Below, piece after piece: positions 1-8,786 of a stretch of DNA of 64,000 bases. A model generated the notes under the pieces. That model saw nothing but the letters and a program-made list of their open reading frames with translations. It was not told the origin of the DNA and did not search any database. Origin of the DNA: an uncultured archaeon (GTDB lineage Archaea > Asgardarchaeota > Lokiarchaeia > Sigyniarchaeales > SOKP01); assembly GCA_964486045.1 (NCBI GenBank), contig CAZALK010000012.1, forward strand, positions 111,206 through 175,205, given 5' to 3'. The translations under genes and the position numbers were made by a program. Each line of letters starts with the position of its first letter. The stretch's first letter is position 1.

Positions 1-1
1 A

Positions 2-970
2 ACAAATCCCGATCAGACACAAGATCTAGTTATTTTCAAAAGGAAAGAAGAGCGGGAAAGTAAAGATCTCCCTAAATTTACTTTTGAGGCAATCGATCAA
101 GAGGACAAAATAAGACTATTAAATGAGTTTAAACCTTACGGTGGGCATTATGTGCTTTCAATTCAACTATTGAATGAAAGTTTAGCACCAATATCAGAAG
201 TAAAAATTAAAATTAGGTATTCAAATTTCTTAAAACTAACAAGAAGTTACCCGCCTACCATATACATTTCAGAACCGATTGAGGAAGTGGAAACATCTAA
301 ATTAGTTCTCGAATTTGACGAACTAAATGAAAGAAGCAAAAAGCAACTTAACTTACACTTTACCCCACTCTCATTAGGTAATGAAGGAGAGATAAGAACG
401 ATTGTTACCTATGTAAATAATAAAGATTTTGTTCGAGTCTTAAATTCAGACCCAGTTACTATTACATTAGATAAAATAACCATTAATCCTAAGATAATTC
501 CAAGCTCATATGTCAGAGAATTTTCACAAATTCCCCGTATGAAAAGAGCCGTTAAAAGCTTAGGGATTGGAACACGAGGAAAAAATGATCCCGATTTATA
601 TTTCAAACTATTAGAACAGGTATTCCTTAGGAACAGTCTTCAATTAATAACTAAAGATCCTGAAAAAAAAATTCTATGGTATTTTGGATCTGATTTAGAA
701 TCGAGAGACGATGTATTAATAATTGGAAAAACCGGGGCAAATAAAGTAAAAATAATCGGTACCTCAAAAAATCATCATGTTCTTATTTCATTTTTAACAT
801 CATTTTCCAATGAATTTAAAGAGCATCTTTTGATAAGTGGAATCGTAAGCAGCCTTGATGACATATATGATTTAGAATGCAAGTATTGTGGGACGATTCT
901 CCCTTATTTCCCTAAAAAAGGTGAAGAAGTTCAATGCTCTAAATGCAAATATGAACAACTTTTATGGTAG
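2..970 (+). CDS. 5'-truncated hypothetical protein; Ig-like beta-sandwich plus alpha/beta platform-like domain and C-terminal Zn ribbon
   Basis: Frame of ORF 152..970 is open back to position 2; C-terminal CKYC...CSKC. Confidence 0.7.
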   Translation, partial: TNPDQTQDLVIFKRKEERESKDLPKFTFEAIDQEDKIRLLNEFKPYGGHYVLSIQLLNESLAPISEVKIKIRYSNFLKLTRSYPPTIYISEPIEEVETSKLVLEFDELNERSKKQLNLHFTPLSLGNEGEIRTIVTYVNNKDFVRVLNSDPVTITLDKITINPKIIPSSYVREFSQIPRMKRAVKSLGIGTRGKNDPDLYFKLLEQVFLRNSLQLITKDPEKKILWYFGSDLESRDDVLIIGKTGANKVKIIGTSKNHHVLISFLTSFSNEFKEHLLISGIVSSLDDIYDLECKYCGTILPYFPKKGEEVQCSKCKYEQLLW

Positions 971-1484
971 CTATTTTATTACAGTTGGTTTTCTTATTAT
1001 TGGTAATGTTTATCCATGTCTTTTACTATAAAATTAAAAATAATAGTTAATTTAACTTAAATCAAGAATTAATTACAAAATTTCCTTTATTTTACCCAAT
1101 CCCCTATATTATTAAAATTAAGTTTAAAATTACTAACTATTCAAAATTGCAAAAACTCATAGTGTTACGTCTCAGATTTTGATCGAATTTTTTAATTGTT
1201 CAAAGAGTTTCTCAATTTAATTCATTCTGAGGAAATTCTGAGACTTTTGATGATTTAAATCTTGGAATCCAACTAAAATTGCCTATCCATAAAAAGAACC
1301 TAACTTGCACGAGATTGATCAATTTCATAATTTCGAATTTTGTCGTTCAATTTTTTTTATTTTTATCCCAACAAAAGCATGAGAATATCAAAATCTTTAA
1401 ATATCCAAAAGATCAATATCTATATAATAAATTCTTTAAAAATAACAAAAATTAACAAAAAGTATCACTACAAAATAAATAATT

Positions 1485-1490
1485 GGAGGA
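1485..1490 (+). promoter_or_regulatory. Shine-Dalgarno-like site of the histone gene
   Basis: GGAGGA ending 7 nt before ATG 1498. Confidence 0.7.
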
Positions 1491-1497
1491 ATAAAAA

Positions 1498-1773
1498 ATG
1501 GCTGGATCAGATTACATTTCTTGGTCACCAATAAGACGTCTCATGAAGCACAACGGGGCTGTAAGTCAATAAACCTCTTTTTGACTGGCTAAAATCGTTG
1601 CGCGAGATGCCGTTAATGAGTTAGTTGATTGGATGGGTCAATCAGCAGAAACACTCACAAAAACCGCGTTAACTTTAACTAAACACTCTAAAATTCTTAT
1701 AGGATTCCTATAAAAATAGGAAAGAAAGAAAGTAACGCGTAATGACATCTTATTGGCCATCAAGTATTTTTAA
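1498..1773 (+). CDS. Archaeal histone (HMf-like fold, 71 aa) in three exons: 1498-1562, 1593-1692, 1723-1773
   Basis: Spliced translation MAGSDYISWSPIRRLMKHNGAVIVARDAVNELVDWMGQSAETLTKTALTLTKHSKRKKVTRNDILLAIKYF has histone-fold hallmarks (PIRRLMK, xVARDA, HSKRKKV..xDI); SD upstream, T-tract downstream. Confidence 0.92.
1563..1592 (+). other. BHB-type intron 1 in histone CDS (30 nt)
   Basis: Central helix GGCT(1557-60)/GGCT(1587-90); bulge GTA and A-rich 3' bulge; inner stem AGTCAA/TTGACT; outer stem CAACGG/TCGTTG; carries in-frame TAA and TGA. Confidence 0.85.
1693..1722 (+). other. BHB-type intron 2 in histone CDS (30 nt)
   Basis: Central helix TCTA(1687-90)/TAGG(1717-20); bulges AAA and AAA; inner stem TTATAGG/CCTATAA; carries in-frame TAA and TAG. 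Confidence 0.85.
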
Positions 1774-1823
1774 AGGGATTTTTGAATTAGGTAATTTACT
1801 TAATTCATTAAAATATCTAATAC

Positions 1824-1847
1824 TCTTTTTTTTATCTTCTTTTTTTT
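1824..1847 (+). terminator. Oligo-T tracts, probable archaeal intrinsic terminator of the histone gene
   Basis: Two long T runs about 50-75 nt after the stop codon. Confidence 0.45.
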
Positions 1848-1893
1848 CAAAATTTAATCCTAAATAGATCATTTTATCGTTCTGTTTGAATTT

Positions 1894-2046
1894 ATGCTTA
1901 TAGTACTTAATCTCTGTATAGGGTGCGGGGTTTGCGCTTCTAATTGTCCGTCTGGAGCAATTATGCTAGAAAAGGTTCTAGATAATATCCCTGCTAGAAA
2001 TCAAACAGAAATGAGAATAAAATATATGGAAGAGAGAGTTTATTAA
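1894..2046 (+). pseudogene. 50-aa ORF with one 4Fe-4S motif; probably the C-terminal remnant of a larger ferredoxin-domain gene
   Basis: MLIVLNLCIGCGVCASNCPSGAIMLEK...; one CxxCxxCxxxCP and no second motif. Confidence 0.55.
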
Positions 2047-2056
2047 AGCTCTTTTT

Positions 2057-3595
2057 TTATTGTGCAATGCTCAAGTAAGGAGGTTTCATAATTCCCTCCC
2101 ACGCCACGCGCTCCTTTCCGTACGGATCATCAACCACTTTAATCTCCTTTCCTAAAAACATCGTACTCCTCTTTTCAGTCTCATATTTGGGCCACTCAGG
2201 TATCCCACTGTGAGACGGATTTCCAGTTCGGGCAAACGCAATCCATGCATCCATAATTTTTTCACTGAGTTTTTCCGCATCTTCACCTTTACCTGAAAAT
2301 AGATTCCAACCTGGTTCCTCCAACATTCCAAATACAAAGGGTATTTCTGTAATGTGACATGCTCCGAGATTCGCACCCATAAAGGGAGATGGCCACGTAA
2401 ACAAATACATGTAAGTATTGGAATTTTGTACTGATTGAACCTCTGCCGTTCGAATTGCAGAAATACGAAATTCAAGATCGGTGGAAAAAGCATCGAGGAC
2501 CTCCTGAGCAGAAAGAGATCCTTCATCCTTCCTTGTTTCTCTATATGACGTTATGAGGCGTTCTGCTTTATCTCCGTTTTCACCGAGGGATGTCACAATA
2601 TTTTTTATCCTATTATGCATCATTTCTTCATCTGCTTCTTTGAAGTTGGGATTAAATGTTTTCCATATCGTGGATTCATTCAAATTTGTTCCAACTAGCA
2701 GATCAACTCCTGCTGCGGTGCCCTTACGAATTAAATCCAGGGGGTGTTCGGGAATATGTTCACCATCAATGAAAGGAGCGATTGAAAAAGGCCAAGGTTT
2801 TATTGCTCCATTTTCTAACGAAATTTTTGATTGAGCATTTACGAGCTCGTAAGCAGAAATTTTCCGGAGCTCTTCGATATCACTCTTTTCAATCCCTACT
2901 TCTGAAATTACACGCTCAGTTATATCTTTACCCTCAGAAGCCCTATAACTTACAGGATTGCATGCACCGCTTTGAGCAATTACATGGTGAAATAAACCCT
3001 TAGCTTCAGGCATAACTAACAGTGTTGAAACTGCCATACCACCTGCACTTTCACCAAAGATTGTAACATTGTCAGCATCCCCTCCGAAATTCTCGATGTT
3101 ATCGCGAATCCATTTTAAAGCCGTAATTTGATCAAGCATTCCTACGTTTGAAGTGACACCTGGTATAAAAGAGAAACCCAGAGAATTTAATCTGTAGTTT
3201 ATTGTAACTACTACCACATTTCCCCTTTTAACTAAGGATGTACCATCGTATATTCGTCCGCTACCAGTATTAAACCCACCACCATGGATCCAAACCATTA
3301 CAGGTCGTTTATTCTGATCGGGGGAAGGTGTCCAAATATTCAAGTTAAGACAATCAGGTTCACTTTGCGGGTTTTGGGGAAATAACAATACAGGAGGGAT
3401 CATTTGAGGACACACAGGTCCAAATTCTGTGGCATAAAATACTCCCGGAAATCGCGTTGCGGGAATTGGGGGTTTAAAACGCAAATCCCCCACCAGTCTT
3501 TTGGTATAAGGTATTCCTTTAAATATTTCTATACCCTCATCTTTAATACCTTGAATTTTTCCCGCTTTTGTTTCAATAATTTCGGTTCTTACCAT
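2057..3595 (-). CDS. Carboxylesterase type B (PnbA-like)
   Basis: WIHGGGF oxyanion motif, FGESAG nucleophile elbow, catalytic His in GACH. Confidence 0.95.
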   Translation of the reverse strand: MVRTEIIETKAGKIQGIKDEGIEIFKGIPYTKRLVGDLRFKPPIPATRFPGVFYATEFGPVCPQMIPPVLLFPQNPQSEPDCLNLNIWTPSPDQNKRPVMVWIHGGGFNTGSGRIYDGTSLVKRGNVVVVTINYRLNSLGFSFIPGVTSNVGMLDQITALKWIRDNIENFGGDADNVTIFGESAGGMAVSTLLVMPEAKGLFHHVIAQSGACNPVSYRASEGKDITERVISEVGIEKSDIEELRKISAYELVNAQSKISLENGAIKPWPFSIAPFIDGEHIPEHPLDLIRKGTAAGVDLLVGTNLNESTIWKTFNPNFKEADEEMMHNRIKNIVTSLGENGDKAERLITSYRETRKDEGSLSAQEVLDAFSTDLEFRISAIRTAEVQSVQNSNTYMYLFTWPSPFMGANLGACHITEIPFVFGMLEEPGWNLFSGKGEDAEKLSEKIMDAWIAFARTGNPSHSGIPEWPKYETEKRSTMFLGKEIKVVDDPYGKERVAWEGIMKPPYLSIAQ

Positions 3596-3712
3596 ATTTT
3601 TTTCATCTCACTTATTTGGTTATCTTAACTTTTTTTTACAATAGAGATATAATTTTTATTATTATTTCAATTTTATTTCTTCATTCGATTATGTATTTAA
3701 ACTCTGAGTATC

Positions 3713-4474
3713 TTAATGAAGAACAACTCCACCACATATACTTACAATTTGACCAGTCATGTAGTTTGACTCATCCGATACCAAGTAAGAAATCAGACCT
3801 ATTACATCTTCAGCAGTTCCTACTCTTTGTAAAAGCGGTTTCATATTTATCATATTCCAAAAATTTTGAATTAAGTTTGGATCATTCTTGTATATTGGTG
3901 TGATGTGATATCCTGGACAAATAGCATTTGCAGTTATCATGGGTGCAAGTTCTTTTGCCAACACTTTAGTTAAAGAGATCATTGCCGCTTTACTACAGCT
4001 ATATATTCCAATACCAGGCATTGGTTCTAATCCAGCAATTGAAGACACGTTAATAATTTTTCCCCTTAAGGGTTTTAAATCCGTCTGTTCTATCATAAAT
4101 TTTGCAGCATACTTTGATACTAACCATGCTCCTTTAAAGTTTATATCCATTATTTTCTGCATGTCTTCTTCCGTTTTATTAAGAATTGAGGTAGCCCCTC
4201 TACTAATTCCGGCGTTATTAATAACTCCATAAAGTCCATTTAGCTCGTTTACAATTTCTGAAATCATTGATTCAACAAATTTTGAACTTGATACGTCTCC
4301 TACTTTAATTAAAGTTTTGATGTTGAACTTTTTTAACAGTTGATCAGTTTCAACTAATTTACTCTCAGTTCTACCGTTTAAAATGATGTTATATCCATCT
4401 TCAGCTAATCTTATGGCCATTGCTTTACCTAGACCAGAACCGGAACCTGTTATTAAAACATTTTTACTATCCAC
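3713..4474 (-). CDS. Short-chain dehydrogenase/reductase (FabG-like)
   Basis: TGSGSGLG, NNAG, YSCSK. Confidence 0.95.
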   Translation of the reverse strand: MDSKNVLITGSGSGLGKAMAIRLAEDGYNIILNGRTESKLVETDQLLKKFNIKTLIKVGDVSSSKFVESMISEIVNELNGLYGVINNAGISRGATSILNKTEEDMQKIMDINFKGAWLVSKYAAKFMIEQTDLKPLRGKIINVSSIAGLEPMPGIGIYSCSKAAMISLTKVLAKELAPMITANAICPGYHITPIYKNDPNLIQNFWNMINMKPLLQRVGTAEDVIGLISYLVSDESNYMTGQIVSICGGVVLH

Positions 4475-4657
4475 TTTTTTACGCCTCTTTACAAAATAGA
4501 ATTAATTAGAAATATTTGATTTTAATTAAAAATCTTATTTCCTTTTTTAATTATACAGTTCTTTATAAATCAATATGAAGATTAACAAAAAATAAAAGAT
4601 TAAAATAGGTTAACGATTAATACCAACTAAATAATTAAATAATCAAAGTGGAAAAAG

Positions 4658-5581
4658 ATGCCTTATTTTGAAAAGGAAAACTTAAAATTATATTATGAGG
4701 ATGTCGGTGAGGGAGAAGCAATTATATCTAACCATGGGTTATCTGAGGATGGGAATTATTGGAGCGAAACTGGTGTTACAAAGGAATTATCAAAAAAATA
4801 TAGATTTATTTCAATGGATATGAGGGGTCATGGTCGTACCATTGTAAGAGAACCTCCCTATGGATATGACCCAGATACTATGGCAAGCGATTTTGATGCG
4901 CTTGCTGATTTTTTAGGTCTTGATAAATTTCACATTTTAACTCACGCTACTGGCGGGATGGTGGGTGCACGTTATGGTATGATCCGATCCGAACGTCTTA
5001 TTAGCCTAATGCTAACTGACACTAGTTCAAACACACGCATAGAAATTCCCGATTATCGAGAGTTTACAGATGAAGAGAAAGCAATAAGAGATCAAAGAAC
5101 TAAGGCTTGGGAAGAAGCCAAAGGGGAAGATAGACAAAAAATGATAGATTCATGGAAGGCAACTGTATCAAAGATTACAATTGAGCAAAGGATGGATGGA
5201 ATCAGACAAGAACCAGGACCCTATTTATTCAAAATGGCAGAGAATCCGGAAAGTGAAAGGATGCTGAAGATTTACGAAGGGTTCTTACGACGGCAAAATG
5301 TTGAAACAATTATTGACTTTCAAACAAGTTTTTATACAGATCCTGATCCTAGAATTGAACAGCTCCAACAGTTCAAATGCCCTACGCTGGTATTATTAGG
5401 AGAGTTTGATGTTGTATTTTTAGAACCAAGTGAGATAATGGCAAGGGAGATACCTGACGTAAAGCATGTAATAATGCCAGGTCTTGGCCATATGACTGCT
5501 ATTGAAGATTCTGAAGGATTTATAAAAGAAATATTAGATTTCCTTGAAACAGTTGAACAAACTGGAAAAGCTAATAAATAA
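4658..5581 (+). CDS. Alpha/beta hydrolase fold protein with atypical nucleophile elbow
   Basis: HG motif, DMRGHG, THATGG in place of GxSxG, GEFD, GH. Confidence 0.85.
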   Translation: MPYFEKENLKLYYEDVGEGEAIISNHGLSEDGNYWSETGVTKELSKKYRFISMDMRGHGRTIVREPPYGYDPDTMASDFDALADFLGLDKFHILTHATGGMVGARYGMIRSERLISLMLTDTSSNTRIEIPDYREFTDEEKAIRDQRTKAWEEAKGEDRQKMIDSWKATVSKITIEQRMDGIRQEPGPYLFKMAENPESERMLKIYEGFLRRQNVETIIDFQTSFYTDPDPRIEQLQQFKCPTLVLLGEFDVVFLEPSEIMAREIPDVKHVIMPGLGHMTAIEDSEGFIKEILDFLETVEQTGKANK

Positions 5582-5753
5582 ATTAAATTATAATATTTTA
5601 CATTTCATCTTTTTTATTTTAGTCTTCTTTTTAATCTTTCCAAGTGTACAATTAGATTAAGATTTATAATTGTCTTATTTTCATAGACGAAATTGTAAGT
5701 TATATTTATCATTTTCGGAAAAATTATTTTTTATCCTATATTTTTAAAATTGA

Positions 5754-6758
5754 ATGAAAGAAGTATATCAAGGAATATTTTTAATTGAGGAAAAGGGGAG
5801 ATTCAACCCTTCAGATAACATATATGTGATAGCCGGAAATGATGGTTTAATTTATGACGCGGGATATGGATCTAAAAAAGCATTAAAGTTATTTTTAAAA
5901 GAATTCGAAGAGATACAGAACTATTATAAGAAACAAAATAAAGACTTTAAAGTCACCCGAATAATCGTTAGCCATGGCCACTCAGACCATTTTAGCGGAG
6001 TCAGGTTTATAAGAGAAGACTTGGGCTTAAAAATTATTTTGACTGAGAAAATTGCTAAAACTATAAAAGATAAAGTAAGTTTTGAGGCTAATTTTCGAGG
6101 TGATGATTATGAAGATTATTTAAGAGTTAGAAAAAAGTCAGTACGAAAAATATGGAATTTACTTCGTCGTCTTGGTATGCGTTTGTTTTTTAGTAGAGTT
6201 CATGGTCTTTCTTATTTAGATCATCCTGATGAAATTATTGATGAAAATTCAGTTATAGTAATCAATGGTGAACGTTGGAAAATATTTCCGTCTCCAGGAC
6301 ACTCCCCTGAACACATTTCTCTCTATAGTGAGGAAAAGGGGATCCTTTTGGCTGGGGACAATGTCTTAAAGATGCGATCAACTTGGCTTGGACCCCCTGA
6401 GTCTAATATCACAGATTATATTGAAACTATTAAAAAATTACAGAATTTACCAAATTTAAAACTAATTCTTCCAGCCCACGGGGAAATTATTGAAAACGCA
6501 AAGGAAACTCTTTCTGCAATCTTGGGGCGGATGGATGAACGAAAAAGACAAGTATTGGATGCTATTAGGAATTACTCAGATAAAGGGGTATCTCCAGATG
6601 ACATCCTTAATCTTGTTTATCCTAAAAGTAAAAAATTTACACGAATTATTGGTCGTGATTGGGTAGTCTTAACATTGAAAATGTTAGAAAGTCAAAAACT
6701 AATTAAACGAGAGATAAAAAAAAATAAAATATTGTTTTTCCCTTTCAGAACTAATTAA
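5754..6758 (+). CDS. Metallo-beta-lactamase fold hydrolase with C-terminal winged helix
   Basis: SHGHSDHF, PGHSPEH, GD, PAHG. Confidence 0.92.
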   Translation: MKEVYQGIFLIEEKGRFNPSDNIYVIAGNDGLIYDAGYGSKKALKLFLKEFEEIQNYYKKQNKDFKVTRIIVSHGHSDHFSGVRFIREDLGLKIILTEKIAKTIKDKVSFEANFRGDDYEDYLRVRKKSVRKIWNLLRRLGMRLFFSRVHGLSYLDHPDEIIDENSVIVINGERWKIFPSPGHSPEHISLYSEEKGILLAGDNVLKMRSTWLGPPESNITDYIETIKKLQNLPNLKLILPAHGEIIENAKETLSAILGRMDERKRQVLDAIRNYSDKGVSPDDILNLVYPKSKKFTRIIGRDWVVLTLKMLESQKLIKREIKKNKILFFPFRTN

Positions 6759-7638
6759 CCTTGGTTGTGAATTTATTTCTTTTTGTTATATAAAGTGCTA
6801 TACTTAAAATTATTGCGATACTTGCCGGTATTGTAATTAACAAATGGTATCCAAATATAGATTCTTCTGCTCCATTACTCAAAATAAATGTTAGGAGGGA
6901 CGCTTTATCATAGGTAATCTCACAGTTCTTTAGTACTCCATTGTCATTATAAGATATTGTTATTTCAATTTCTTTATGGATTTCATTAAAAGCGCCTTCG
7001 GGGTTATTATAAATAAATCCATTTTCAATTTCAGTTAGCGTAATATTTCCATTGATCATTCCAGAAATTTGGTCTACTAATTCTTGAAAATCTGAAATTA
7101 ATTTAGTCCAATTCAAATTATTTGCGATGAAAATAAGTGAGAAATTATAAAATCCCTGTGGTATATTTATGATACCATATAACCCATAATTAAGCGTCGG
7201 AACAATCAATAAATCTGTCTCATTTGCTAAAACGATAATAGATAATTCGGAAGTTATTAAATCACCCAATCCTGGAATATTTATTGTAAATGATACATTC
7301 ACTTCTTTATAATAATAATCCTCATCACCATATATTGATCCAAGATACTCATCGCTTATCGAAAGAATCGTTGCTTTAAAATTAATTTTTGGATACACTC
7401 CATAAGAAAACAGGTTTTCAATGATGGGAAAAGATATATTTATTAAATCCAATTTATCTTCCATATCAGTGTTAAATTCATTAAGAGTACTTTGGTCTAT
7501 TGAAAGAACCCATGAATAATTTTCTCCAACGTTCACTCCAACATATTCATTAGGAATAGCAGTTGCAAAATGTATTGATGTCGATAATAACAGACCCAAT
7601 AAACAAATCATCAATTTATTAATTTTCGATAATTTCAT
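6751..7638 (-). CDS. Exported protein with C-terminal membrane anchor (paralog A)
   Basis: Signal peptide, YVGVNVG start, C-terminal TM plus basic tail; close paralog of 7687..8589. Confidence 0.8.
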   Translation of the reverse strand: MKLSKINKLMICLLGLLLSTSIHFATAIPNEYVGVNVGENYSWVLSIDQSTLNEFNTDMEDKLDLINISFPIIENLFSYGVYPKINFKATILSISDEYLGSIYGDEDYYYKEVNVSFTINIPGLGDLITSELSIIVLANETDLLIVPTLNYGLYGIINIPQGFYNFSLIFIANNLNWTKLISDFQELVDQISGMINGNITLTEIENGFIYNNPEGAFNEIHKEIEITISYNDNGVLKNCEITYDKASLLTFILSNGAEESIFGYHLLITIPASIAIILSIALYITKRNKFTTKVN

Positions 7639-7686
7639 CTATTTTTCAACCAAATATGGAATTTTGTTTTTTCCTCTCGGATTTAA

Positions 7687-8589
7687 TTAACATTGGTAAG
7701 GGGTTCCCTTTTTTTTCTTGATATAAAATACTATACTTAACATTAGTGCGGTGCTAGTAAATATTGTAATTAAGAGAATATATCCACTTATAGATTCTTC
7801 TGCACTAATACTTAAAATAAATGTTAGGAGGGTTGTCTTATCATAAGTAATCTCACAGCTTTTAAGCACTCCTTTATCATTATAAGATGTTGTTATTTCA
7901 ATTTCTTTGTGTGTTTCATTAAAAGCTCCTTCGGGAGTTTTAAAAATAACTCCATTGTCAATTTCGACTGCCGTAATATTTTCACTGGTTAGTACAGATA
8001 TTTGGGATAATAATTCTTGAAAATCTGAAACTACCTTAGACCAATTCAAATTGTTAGCTATGAAAAAGTATGAGAAATTATTTAATCCTGGGGGTATTGC
8101 TATGATGTCAAGTAATCCATAATTAATTATATGAATAATCCAATAATCTGTTCCATTAGCTAAAACTTTAACAGACAATTCAGTGGCTAACAAATCTCCT
8201 AATCCCGGAATATTGATTCCAAATGATACATTCACATCTTTATAATAATAATCTACTTCTGCAGGCCCACCTCCATAATTGTAAGTTGAACCAATATGCT
8301 CATCGCTTATTGAAAGAATTTCTGCCTTGAAATTAATTTTCGGGTTCACTCCATAGGAGAAAAGGGTTTCTACGAGGGGGAAATATGGATATATTAAATT
8401 TAATTTCTCTTCCATATCAGTATTAAATTTATTAAGTGTAGTTTGGTCTATTGAAAGAACCCATGAATATTCTTCTCCTACATTTACTCCTACATATTCA
8501 TCTGGAACAGCAGTAACAAAATGCATTGAGGTTGATAACAATATACCAAATAAACAAATAATTAGTTTATTAATTTTCGATAGTTTCAT
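7687..8589 (-). CDS. Exported protein with C-terminal membrane anchor (paralog B)
   Basis: Same architecture and extensive identity with 6751..7638. Confidence 0.8.
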   Translation of the reverse strand: MKLSKINKLIICLFGILLSTSMHFVTAVPDEYVGVNVGEEYSWVLSIDQTTLNKFNTDMEEKLNLIYPYFPLVETLFSYGVNPKINFKAEILSISDEHIGSTYNYGGGPAEVDYYYKDVNVSFGINIPGLGDLLATELSVKVLANGTDYWIIHIINYGLLDIIAIPPGLNNFSYFFIANNLNWSKVVSDFQELLSQISVLTSENITAVEIDNGVIFKTPEGAFNETHKEIEITTSYNDKGVLKSCEITYDKTTLLTFILSISAEESISGYILLITIFTSTALMLSIVFYIKKKKGTPYQC

Positions 8590-8786
8590 TTATAATTCAA
8601 CTAAATGTGGAATTTTGTTTTTTGTTATAATTAATTGGGATACAACCTATTTAAAAGCTATTAAATTAGAGGATATTAAGCTACTGATAAGATACCTATA
8701 AAAGTAATAGCTATTTATTTAACTTCTATATTACTAAGGATTTATTAACTTATTTCTAAATTGATAAGTGAATTAAATTAGTTTAA

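Noticed and set aside
1169-1243. Imperfect inverted repeat GTCTCAGA...TCTGAGAC upstream of the histone
   Set aside because: Short and in AT-rich DNA, with no target-site duplication or second copy seen; not enough to call a MITE or RNA.
1340-1534. 64-aa ORF from the track
   Set aside because: Low-complexity AT-rich translation overlapping the histone promoter and start in another frame.
1561-1593. Histone insert 1 region begins with GTAAGT, the spliceosomal 5' splice-site consensus
   Set aside because: No AG acceptor at the position that restores the protein (1589-1590 is CT); the other inserts lack GT starts; BHB geometry explains all of them. Treated as coincidence.
1498-1773. Histone as a pseudogene or readthrough gene
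   Set aside because: All stops lie inside two clean 30-nt structured inserts and are of mixed type (TAA, TGA, TAG); exons and SD site are intact.
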